DNA of 64,000 nucleotides from Leptogorgia sarmentosa (Eukaryota): NCBI GenBank assembly GCA_964658305.1, contig OZ210884.1, positions 1,612,001 to 1,676,000 of the forward strand, read 5' to 3'. Shown piece by piece: positions 40,853 to 51,890 of this stretch (position 1 is its first letter; each line of letters starts with the position of its first letter). The notes under the pieces were generated by a model. It saw only the letters and a program-made list of their open reading frames with translations, ran no database searches and was not told where the DNA came from. The position numbers and the translations under genes were made by a program.

Positions 40853-41189
40853 GCTATGGTTGTCACTGACATGGAATAAACAGACTGGTTTAATGGTACA
40901 GTAAAATATCAAGCTAAGGTCTTACTGTATTTACCAAGCAATTAACACGGAGAGAATAGTACTGTATTGTTGTAATATGGCAATTCAAAGTTCATTAAAA
41001 ACTAAACCAATGCTGGCAATTGTCAGAAGTGAAGCAGGACTCGCAAATTATCAAAAAGCATCGAAAAATGCATGCAGTAAATGTAGTAATTTTCAAACAA
41101 CAAATATATTTGAGAGTAATTTATTAACATTGAAAAAAAAATTTACAAATATTTACAAGTCATCAAACATCATGCACCCACAATAGGTG

Positions 41190-41560
41190 ATTTCACCGCA
41201 TTCGAGCGAGAAGTTCGAATTGTTTTACAGATTCTACACATTTTTCGTGGGTCTTTGTCCCGCAACACAGCTTCCTTGCTTTAATTCGTCATTTTATTCC
41301 CGTTGACACATAGCCAACACAGTTCTTTATCGGGAAACTCAGCCCTACAGTGCCCGCATACCACGGTTCCTGGCGTCGTCTGATTCCGTGCCGCCTATTG
41401 TCGAAAACATTTCGTATGCGCCTTTTGATGGCAGCAACACATGTTCATTGCCAATAACTCCTTTTCTTCGATATCTTCATAACTGGAGTAGCACTGCCCC
41501 TGTTCTTTATTTTCGGTTAATATCCCGAACAGCGGAATGATCGTTTCATACATGTCGTCC
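41190..41560 (-). pseudogene. Decayed intronless RING-like Cys/His-rich ORF
   Basis: QCYSSYEDIEEKELLAMNMCCCHQKAHTKCFRQ*AARNQTTPGTVVCGHCRAEFPDKELCWLC; the in-frame TAG sits where RING domains often have Trp; a second Cys/His cluster follows after frameshifts. Confidence 0.5.
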
Positions 41561-42794
41561 TCGAGTTCTGTGTTATTAAAGTTAAAGTAGATTGCTCGGA
41601 GTAAAAGTGAACTAAAAGTGAATAAAAAGTGAACCTGTTTTTTCGCGCCATTCAAAATTCAGTGTGAAACAAAACTTACATGCGAGCACGTCGTTCCAAG
41701 ACCCGCTAGCAGGTTAGAAACGTGCTTTCCCAGTTATGCTTGGAGCCTGATGAAAACATAACTAATAGTTTTAAACGTAAAACTAACAGGGACTAGGCCT
41801 GAGTGGCTCTATATTGGCAATCACTCTAGCCTTGGCATTCACACACAACACAAATGCACCCGGGTTTTGCCAACCTCATCCAGCAACCTCAACCACTACA
41901 ACATCATGTCATTACGATCATTCACTCATCTAATTTAATATTAATTCACCAACACTTCGTTCATCTAATTAAATATCCTATTGTGATAACAATATAATTA
42001 CAAATCATTTGTGTCACCCAAAATCACTCCCTTAACAAAGGAACAGCTATTCAAACGTTTATCCAGGATCCGAATACCTGTATCTAGACCCATTTTCTAT
42101 TTCAAGCCGCTGCAGTGATGAAACGAGTAAAAACGACTACATGTTAAGACAGAAAAACAGTAATGTAATAAAATATAATAATAACCATGTGTTCTCTTAA
42201 GTCACATGACTTGATCACTGACTTATATTATATACATGAATACCTGGATTATAGTTCAGCGTTTTGCATGACGCACGATCAAATATCCTCAACATTCTGG
42301 TAGTACACTGTACACCTATGTATTTTCTCCATTGCGATCGATGTGTGACTCATGTTGATGAGGAAGAGAATTTATACAACGTACACATACAAGGTGTCCG
42401 TACATGGTGTACCTACACCTGTGAATGATTACGTCATAACTTTATCTTATCGTATAGTCAGTTCTTTGTTCTCTTGTCTAGTTTTTCCTAGCCTGTGCCA
42501 CAGTCCACTCCCACTACGAGGGAGTGGACTGGAGCGCAGGCTATATAAGTCCTTCCCTGCTTATGAGCAGTTACGAGAATGCTTATTTTAAATAAGTAAA
42601 TAAGTTATTTACTCATGAGAACATGCTGATCTGCTCAGAACTGCTCAAACGCGAAGAAGGGCGCGATTTATATTTTTTTCTTATTACTTTCTACTGCAAC
42701 GGAACGATACATAATACGATTTTGATACGTTTTTAATTCGCATATGCATTACACAAATTCATCATTACTACTTGAAAAATGTCCTGTAAATATC

Positions 42795-43200
42795 TAATTG
42801 TCTTCATCGTCGCAGGTGTAATCTTTTAACAGTTTTGTGATCATTTTCTCTTATCAACACTGCTTGAATAGCTTCTTCGGGATCAAAATTATCATCCTTC
42901 ACAAAGGCATCTTTTGTTTGCATTATTTTCTTAAAGACGATCCATATAGATACTTACCAGCTTATTTTGGAGCTGAGGCAGGATTTCGGCGTAAGGTTTT
43001 TGTCCAGCGGATTGCTCATCCAAGCCACTATGTATCAAATTCGCCCTCATTTCCTCAAAAGCCCTTTTATACATTTGCATTGCCTCTCCTACCATTGGCA
43101 TCCAAGGATCATTTTCTTCCTCCTCAGTTTCGTCGTCAGTTGAAGCCATCGAAGAATCGCCTTCCGAGTCCATTGTCTGACTTTCTTCTGCTTCTGACAT
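42795..43200 (-). pseudogene. Decayed acidic ORF resembling an accessory gene of cnidarian Maverick/Polinton elements
   Basis: ENDPWMPMVGEA...EILPQLQNKLVSIYMDRL, then after a frameshift KKIMQTKDAFVKDDNFDPEEAIQA. Family assignment is from recollection, not a search. Confidence 0.5.
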
Positions 43201-43220
43201 TTCTCTCTCTTGCTCCTTTA

Positions 43221-43447
43221 GGGACCGGTCATAAAGTAATTACTAGAGGGTACAAGGTCCCTTACTGAAATTTTGAGTACATATTTTGAGTAAATATAGA
43301 AGCTAATTTTTTTCATACCCCCTCCCCTAGATTTAGTTGATATCTACTAAGATTTTGGTACCCCCGTACAGGTTCTGTTTTTTTTACATACCCCCCTCTC
43401 CCAGAATATCCTCCACACCCCCTAGTAAATACTTTATGACCGGTCCC
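43221..43447. mobile_element. Tourist/PIF-like MITE
   Basis: TIR GGGACCGGTCATAAAGTA/TACTTTATGACCGGTCCC; TTA on both sides. Confidence 0.85.
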
Positions 43448-43888
43448 TTAATGGACAGTACATGTTTTCGTGTCGACGTAGATTGAAACTTCAATTAAAT
43501 GTTCTCCCGCAGAATTTGCAGATCATTTCGCGGAAAAGGCTGTGTAAGAATACCTTGCTTATTGAGCACTACCGCACGTTTATATGAGCATGTGCTAAGG
43601 AGCAGTTATGAGCATACTAAGCATAATTATAAGCTGTTATGAGCATAATTACTTCTCGTTCCATTTGGGCACACTACATTACTTCCGGTACCATTTGGAC
43701 ACATTGCATACTAATTACCTCCGGCTCTATAGACGCACTACATGCTAATTAATTATCAGGTGGCAAAACAGGAACGTATTAGGTCTTTGTGCAGGCTACC
43801 TTTATTTCTCTACACTTCCCCTAACTCTTTTAGTTTTGTTATTTTCCACTCAAAATTTCCTTAGTTCTTTTCCCTCGTCCTATATTTA

Positions 43889-44040
43889 TTAGCGAGGTTC
43901 AGATTTGACTTCCACTACCGCTACCTTACACTGACTTATCGCGAATGTGATCGGCTAACTGGATTAACTTTAAGACAGCGATTGGTTCATGTTCTCTTAG
44001 TGGTAGCGGTAGATTGGACGTCAATTCTGAACCTCGCTAT
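43889..44040. mobile_element. Short MITE
   Basis: TAGCGAGGTTCAGATTTGAC...GTCAATTCTGAACCTCGCTA inverted ends. Confidence 0.7.
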
Positions 44041-44185
44041 TGGTATATTGGTGCCCCAAATTCGTACGACCCTGTACCGACTGTATATACACGATTAACA
44101 TTTTTTTCTTCAAAAATTTTAGGGTGACAATATTTGATTCTCAATCAATAAATCATCAATTTAATAACGTGTAAATACCGAAGAG

Positions 44186-45262
44186 ATGGCAGCTAGTAAT
44201 ACATTAAGAATTGCAGTGAAAAATCTTTACCGGCAGGTAAATAACTTGATTCTATGTATTTTTCCGAAGCCCGTTGATCCATCCAATTCAGATTAAACTT
44301 TGATATTTTGAAGTTGAACTTTCCTTTTATTAATTGCCATGGCCCCAAATGTGCAGTTTTATAGCTTTTTGTGTATTTTACAACGGTTGAAAAATTCACT
44401 ATCCGGTGGATAAAGTTATCCGACTTTATGTTCAAGGGTAAAAGCAACATCCAGATCCACAAATTTGAGAATGCCACAAAATTAATGTCTCGTCCTGACC
44501 CTACGACCAAACCAATGGCCCCAACTGATTATATTTTCAAAACAAAATTGGCGCATATACAGATTGTCTCCAAAAAACGGAATCGAACTTTGGCATGTTA
44601 TTGTGCGTTATACGCTGAAGGCCATGCAGTTGTTCAAAAGTAGGTTAGCTTAACCCTGGATTAACTTGAAAATTCAAAAAGCAAAATAATATTACAACAG
44701 TTTGTTTATGAATTTGGAAATGTTGTCTGGTTCAATAATAGTTTACTTCCTTGAAGTTTCTAAGTAAAGCGACGTGCAGCAACACACAAACTAAAACACT
44801 GGGTTAATTTTAACAACCCAGTGTCAGCGCTAACCTAGCTTTGAACAACTAACTGGCACTGGGTGTATAAGCGTAACGTTTGTACAGGGCGTGCCAAAAA
44901 GAAGTACCCTGTTTAGAAATCACTTTTTCGTTGTTAATCTCTGCATGGTTACCTGCACTTTATTCACTTCTTAAGCGAACAGCAACACAAACACCTGTTG
45001 TTACAAGTACTTCTGCATGTCGTTCATGTTCACACCCAATTTATTATTTTCCGTATAGCTCTATCACCTTGGCAAGGAATACCCGGCGGGCAAGGAATAT
45101 TTCCACGGAAAATTACATCAGGCATTCATGAAGAACAAAGATGTCACAGATCCGAAACAAATTCAGCAACTTATTGATCGCGGAAATTATGTTGTAAAAG
45201 AACTTGAAGCTCTGTATATGTTGCGAAAGTATAGGACTCTGAAACAGCGCTATTATAATTAA
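44186..45262 (+). CDS. ETFRF1: Electron transfer flavoprotein regulatory factor 1 (LYRM5), 84 aa
   Basis: Exons 44186-44236 and 45059-45262 give [84 protein letters not shown], with the LYR motif and the ELEALYxLRKYRxxKQRYY tail. Not in the supplied ORF track. Confidence 0.93.
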
Positions 45263-45665
45263 TTCATCAGTCTCTGGTCATTGGTGTCTGTTTTTGCTAA
45301 ATAATTTTTTTAATATACAGTGCGTCTCAAGAAAATGTCACTTTAACATTAAGAAAAAACCACACCCTCACCCACCCCCCCCCCCCCTCCCCCCATATAT
45401 ACCTACGTACGTCTTTCAACAATAATTATGCCATGATAACAAATTTTTATTTATTGATCAAGATTCAACATAAAAGCTTGCAACTTGTAAAATAAAGGTT
45501 TAGTAATTAAGTTTTTACGTCATCCTACGGCTTAATCGAATAACAGTGTTTCTAAAATTGATACTTCACTAGAAATGTTCTAAGATTTATAATTATGAGT
45601 CTTTTACTATATAATGCACTTCAGTACGCCCAATGTTTACATTACTGTGTATATAGAGACAGGGC

Positions 45666-48600
45666 TCAGCCTAGACCTTTCATTCTTTCGGTCGCATCAT
45701 GACAATTGTCGACTAGGATACGGTAACGCGTTCCTCCCGCTTTAACGAAATCTCCGACCGTCTCTCCACTGACCTTTTCACTACTGTCGACATTTTTCCA
45801 CGCACCACTCATGTGTTTTGCGTCTTCTACGACAGTTTCACCGGTACCTGCAGATTTACCGTAGCTTTTTCCTTTGTGAACCAAGTATTGCTTTCTATCC
45901 TCGGTAGTAACGAGAACGCCTGAATGTGTTACACGGTCTTTTTGCCCAGAAATTGATGTCTTTACTCCCAGCTTGTTAGCAATTCCTATTGCACGAGCAT
46001 TAACTTGCTTATCGTCGTTCAATGGCCTTTCCACCGTCTGAACACTCACTACTTTTTTGTTGTAAACATTGGTCAATCCATGTGGGAGCCTGGACGACGA
46101 TCTAAATTGAAGAGATAAGTGGATATAAATGTGTGCTTGTTACCTGTACCATATATATATGGGTATATATATTTCGCAACTTTTCTTGTCGTAGCTATTG
46201 TATTGTCAACATGCCATGCTTCCAAGAAAAAACTTAGGGTATATGAGAAGAGGTAAAACAGCATGGTTTCGAGTGCAATTTGTACCAAAATTTCACGACA
46301 CGTACAAGACGTTTACCTAAAAGTAAGTATTCGAGACAATTGTGTAGTTCTCAAAGCGAAAATTCACAGTGGGGAGAGTTTTCTTGCTTAGTTACTTCAT
46401 TTTTCAGGGCGGTAACGGTTTAAAAATTCACCCAACTAGCTAACTTTTCTCAATCTTGTTTGAAGTGTTTGTTTTCTTTTAAGCTCTGATTCGATTCTTT
46501 TAAAGTGATAAGCGAAACAGATATTTGTAGTAGTGATTACAGAAAATTGAACTGTAACAACATAAAACTATACTGTGATTAAAGAAAATTGCGCTGATGC
46601 ATGTTATTGCTAGTTTGGAGAGTCATTTTTAATTCACTCGACAAGTTGGTAATCTAACAATTTTTGTGATCATGAAGAATTCAAAATGAATACCTGGAAC
46701 TTGGTGTTCTGATGCTAGATGAAATTCTGGATGACCAACCAAATCGTCTGAAATAGTGTAAGAAAAAATGAATTGATTTTAGAAAGTTTGTTTCCGCATT
46801 CATATTTAATATAAAGTCAGAATTACATAATCTGTGGATTAAAGATCATTTGAACTTGCTGAAAGAATGTTTCTCCGTAAAAAGTGAGCTTTGTGCACCT
46901 TCTCATTGGTGCCAAAAAAAATACGAGACTTTAAGGAAATGTCAATATTACAGGAAATTTTGTCTTCAAGAATGCTTTATGGAAAACTTTGCCATGAGAA
47001 TGCCATCATAATAATATATATGTTATACATATATTCAATTTTTTAGGAAATTTTCTAATATAATAATTAATCTACGTGATATAATATATGTCAGGAATAT
47101 ATTGTTTTAAAATAATAAAATCTGTGTGTATCAATGATTATCACCTGGAACTTGGTGTTCTCACACTGGGTGTCCTCACGCTCGATGGTGTTCTTCTGGA
47201 AAACCAACTACTTCGCCTAATAAAGCAGAAAAAATCAATGCATAAGTCATGCAGAATTGCATAACCAGTTAGTTGCTTCGCAAATCCTTTGAACTTGGCG
47301 AAAGAAAGTTTCTACGTTTAAAGTGAGCCTCATCCACCATCTCATTACTGCTAACCAGTTAAAAATACATGTCTTCCGAGAAAGGTGGATATTTCACGAA
47401 AAGAATACCTTGTCTTAAGGAATGCTTGAAGGAAAACCTTAGAGAATGCCATTTGTTATACTGCATTTTAATTAAAAGAGATGTTCTCATACATGATATA
47501 TCAGGATGCATTTTTGTAAAAGCTTTGCGTATCAATGATTATTACCTGGAACTTGGTGTTCTCACACTGGGTGTCCTCACGCTAGGTGGTGTTCTTCTGG
47601 AAAACCAAGTACTTCGCCTAAAAAAAACAGAAAAATCAATGCATAAGTCAGAATCGCCTAACCAGTTAGTTGCTTCGGAATCCTTTGAACTTGGCGAAAG
47701 AAAGTTTAAAGTGAGCCTCATCGCCATCTCATTACTGCTCAGCAGTTACAAATACAAGACTTCTTAGCAAGGTGGATATTTCCCAAAAAGAATACTGCAT
47801 TTTAAAAGACGCGTTCTCATACACATATCAAGATGCATTGTTGTAAAAGCTTTGCCTATGAAAGATTACCACCTGGTACTTGGTGTTCTCACTCTGGGTG
47901 TCCTCGCGCTAGATGATGTTCTTCTGGAAAACCAACTACTTCGCCTAATAAAGCAGAAAAAATCAATTTTTTTAAAAAATTTAAACATTGAGGCCACAGT
48001 ACGTTCGATCGTTTTGAAAACTAGGGATCTATGCATAGTGCATAATTTCTATGAAGACATCGGGCTGAAATTGTTTCTGTTTAAAAAAAAACTTCAAGCA
48101 ATGTAATAAAAGAATTATATTTTATTGCAAAAAGGCATTTATAGCCAATCGCAGTCGCAAGTGTGCCCAAAATCCGCACATTAACAATTTCACATGTTCG
48201 ACATCTGTTAAATTTTTTGATCTTCTACGTTTAATTTATTCGATATCTATAAACCCGCAATTATCCCCGAGCCACGGCGCGAAGCGCCGTCCGGGAGTTA
48301 GCCCGGGGCGAGGGTAATAATTCCGCATAGCGGAATCCAAAGTTACTCGGCCGCCATTTTGGTGTAAGGGTGGTCATTACTGATCTCAAAATTATGGCGG
48401 ACTATCATGAAGAGCCGAAGCTTTTTAAAGCTTTTGGAAAGGCGAAAACAAAGACAAGATCTACGCTGTAAGACTTGAAAAGCCTTCTCAGCAGGTATAA
48501 AACGCTGAGAAAGGGGGAACAAACGACTACGGATTGAAACAAAAGATAAGTTCGTCAATATATTGTCGGCACTCGGCAGTGAGCTTTTGTTTTGCGTATT

Positions 48601-49146
48601 TGCTATCTACAGTCCTCTATTTGTACGAAAGGTCGCCGTAGCTGCATTTAATCTATTCACGGCTCAATTACAGAATTACAATTACACAATTTCATATCGA
48701 AGACTGACTGGAATATTTAAAACGTTTTATGCAAATAAATGTAGTATTTCCCACCAAATTCAAGTTTATTTTAGTCCGAATTACGTACGGATAACAAGAT
48801 AAAAGCTGTTATTTTTTTCCGGTCCGTAACTCCAGGTCCGTGACCTAAATAGAGCTTTCTGATTGGTTGCCGAGTGGTCCGTATCCTATGGTACACACTG
48901 TTTCCCTTGGGCCCTGTCAATAAGTGTTAATTGTTTCCTTATGTTTCTCTATCAGAGTAAAATTATGCATGGTATTGGATTCAAAACAATGCAATAAAAG
49001 ATGGCAACGAACCTTGCAGATGGTGTCCGTGAGCTGCTACTTCGACTGCTGCTACTTCGTCTGCTCCGAAACCCCCAACCATCAACAATGTAGATCTGGC
49101 ACAACACAGCAAGAACTAAACAAGCAACTTTTAAATCGACCCTCAT
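45666..49146 (-). CDS. Uncharacterised secreted protein, 279 aa: signal peptide, Arg/Ser/Thr/Pro-rich repeats, and a putative permuted papain-like (LRAT/PPPDE-type) domain
   Basis: Exons 49146-49013, 47944-47873, 47617-47546, 47216-47145, 46747-46694, 46101-45666, all phase-2 GT-AG junctions, 840 nt open. N-terminus MRVDLKVACLVLAVLCQIYIVDG; C-terminal THSGVLV, YLVHKG, YRILVDNCH. Confidence 0.85.
48261..48900 (+). mobile_element. Dispersed repeat with CGCGAAGCG hairpin head; further copies at about 55461-55760 (+) and 59720-60072 (-)
   Basis: TTATCCCCGAGCCACGGCGCGAAGCGCCGTCCGGG..CCCGGGGCGAGGGTAATAATTC shared, with variation, by three loci. Confidence 0.75.
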
Positions 49147-49807
49147 CTCCGCAAGGATATTTCTAAAAGCAGAGACTCAAAATTACCCTATATTTAGATT
49201 GCGGTTATTAGGCCTATTGCATGTATGCGCATGCCTTAGAAAATGAATTATAGTGAGGCGTATAAAAGCAATAAAAAACAATATAGCCAGTTGAAAAAAT
49301 CAATGTCCACTAAAAAATTCAAGCCTTTGAAGATACAGTATTAGTAAAATTGAATTATTTTTGCCATTGGTATTGCAAAGTAGGATGCATCACTTGCATG
49401 CCAGTGCTAGCTGCGAAATACAAACAAATCGTAGTGTTTGAGTTACAACAGCTTGCTAAAAGTTTGCAATTGAAATATTAAATATATTTTCTTGTTTTAA
49501 TTTAAGTATTTTTTATTTTTAGTTCTTACTAATTTCTTACGATATTTTTAAGTGCAATTCAACCTGATTTGCAGCTAAACGTACCCGCCAATTTTTGGGT
49601 TGTTATTGCCTGGTCACCAACTTTTGAGCGTTTTTTGAAACAAATAACGAAAAATCTTCTCGTAATATGTTGTTAAGCTGAGGCAGGGGTTGCTGCATCC
49701 ATGTATTTCTCGTTATCATTATAATTGTTGGAAATTTCTACGCATGCGCGGGATTTACCCAAGTCAGGTTGCCATATAGCAAGAATCACACGAAAGCACG
49801 CTATACC

Positions 49808-50533
49808 CACTGGCAATAGGACAGGTTCAGTGTTGTTAAATAAAATTTAGAAATGTTATACTCACTCGTGTACCATAATTTTGTTTAATGAATATCCATA
49901 ATAATTACGTTGCATAAAGCCAAAAAATAGATCCTAAAAATACCTATCTATTTCGTATGTCGTCGCCATTTTTACTCGTTCCAAGCTACATGTTGAACGG
50001 CATTGTCCCCCCCAGGCAAAATAATAAAACGCAAAGGAAAATAGGGAGAAAAAAAACAGGGTAGGAACAATGTGGGCGTGTTGTCGCTCTGGGCGAATCA
50101 GCGGAAGCAGTGTGACACGTCATTCCTACGTCACCACACGCGTCGAGAACACGTTTGTGCCATATATGGTAGTTGTAGACAGGTTTGTGCCATATATGGA
50201 AGTGTCACTGCATCCAGCTTAAGACTACGATGTTTCCACCCTCTTATTTTTCTCCCTAATTTTCCTTTGCGTTTTGATTATTTTTGCCTGGGTGGGGGAG
50301 GGGGGGGGAAGGGGAGGGCAATGCTATGCAGCATATAGATTGAGGCGAGTAAACATGGCGAAAAGACAGACGAAATAGATGTGGAATTTGTTATGATCTA
50401 TTTTATGGCTTTATGCAACGTAATTATTATGGATATTCAGATCTTTTAAACAAAATTATAGTACACGAGTAAGTATACCATTTCTAAATTTTATTTAACA
50501 ACACTGAACCTGCCCTATTGCCCTTTGCCCGTG
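49808..50533. mobile_element. Long-TIR foldback element, CAC..GTG ends, 7-bp TSD
   Basis: About 260-bp diverged inverted arms (GGCAATAGGACAGGTTCAGTGTTG / CAACACTGAACCTGCCCTATTGCC); CTATACC at 49801-49807 and 50534-50540. Confidence 0.85.
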
Positions 50534-51562
50534 CTATACCGGGCAATATGACCCATAGATTTATTTCCGGTGTTTTTTGAAATCTCATTAGCGGCATTAT
50601 TAGTCGCTGGGGCACTGTGCCCAAGCGACTCTAGGTTTCGGCTTGCATTTTTAGCGGATCGTCAATTTTCTTCGTCAGCCACAAAATAGAATATTAATGA
50701 GCTGTCAATTTTTACCCCAATATATCCATAACATTCCTGCCAATTGTTACCCTAAATATTCATCAATAGCCCCATGTTTTTGTATCTGCGCAAGCGCAAG
50801 ATGGCTAAATTAAATTCTTTCGCGATGACGTAGCGACAAGATGGCGGCCGTGGAGGAGCGGAGGCGATGTTGCAATGTTTTTGCTTATAAGATGCGAAGT
50901 GTACTGTTGAAATTCGAACGTTTAGACAAACAATTTTGTCTTTCTTAGTCCTAGTAAATATAAAATTGCACATGTATATACAAGTGTTTATAAGGCAGTG
51001 TGTTATTTCATCGCAGTAGAAGTTGAGATCCTGTAAACTTGATCTCGTAGTATTGCGGTTGTACTGCGCATAGATATACCTTACATGGTATAGATATACC
51101 CTCTCTCGCAGTATTGCGGTTGAATTGTGCAATATAAATCCCTGTAAATGTGCCATTACAGGTCGCAGCATGGTATGTTGCATTGCCCCAATAGAATGTA
51201 AAGTGAAGTGTAGTCTTCAAATACGAAAGTTTAGGCAATCTTCACATTTTCCATCTTAGTAAGTGTCTTAACACGACATGGACAGAATATGTTGTATGTA
51301 AGTGGTTTTATACAAAGGGTAAACTTGGTCACAAGAAAGCCACATATTTCGCAAAGAAATCGCAAGACGCGACAACATCAATATGTTGAAGGAGGTCTTT
51401 AAAATATGCCGTATCGAATGTCGCCCAGTTGAATTCCATTGCAATTTGATATTTGGAATGCGATATATTTATGAAAGCTTATACCAAGTATTCAACGCAC
51501 AACCTCGCGTTTCAGGAAACAGTATTTTCAGAAAAACAGTCGCGCTATCTGCTATCGGACTA

Positions 51563-51890
51563 CACAGCCAAAAACGCCACAGACTTGATGCAAATTGTGT
51601 GTATTACTGGTCTGATGCAAGTTGCCAACAAGTTGTATCAACCCTGTTGACTTTATCAAATTGCATCGAGTCTGTGAACATCGGACTTGCGGCAACTTGA
51701 TATTGGCAGACTTGCTGCAAGTTGATAAAACAGCTTTTATCAAGCTTGCAAGCATTTGGCAACTTGCTGCAAATCTGGTAACAACTTGTAGCAGACTTGT
51801 TATCCTCAAGCCGGAGCAAGCGATGCGAACGCATCCTGATATCTGCTTGGTGGTAGCAGACTTGCTGCAACTTGGGCGTTTTTGGCTGTG
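51563..51890. mobile_element. EnSpm/CACTA-like MITE with CAAGTTG/CAACTTG subterminal repeats
   Basis: CACAGCCAAAAACGCC...GGCGTTTTTGGCTGTG flanked by TA. Confidence 0.8.

Noticed and set aside
47369..48106. Plus-strand ORFs with repeated LGVLTLGVL
   Set aside because: Antisense shadow of the minus-strand Arg/Ser repeat exons, which have the proper splice signals.
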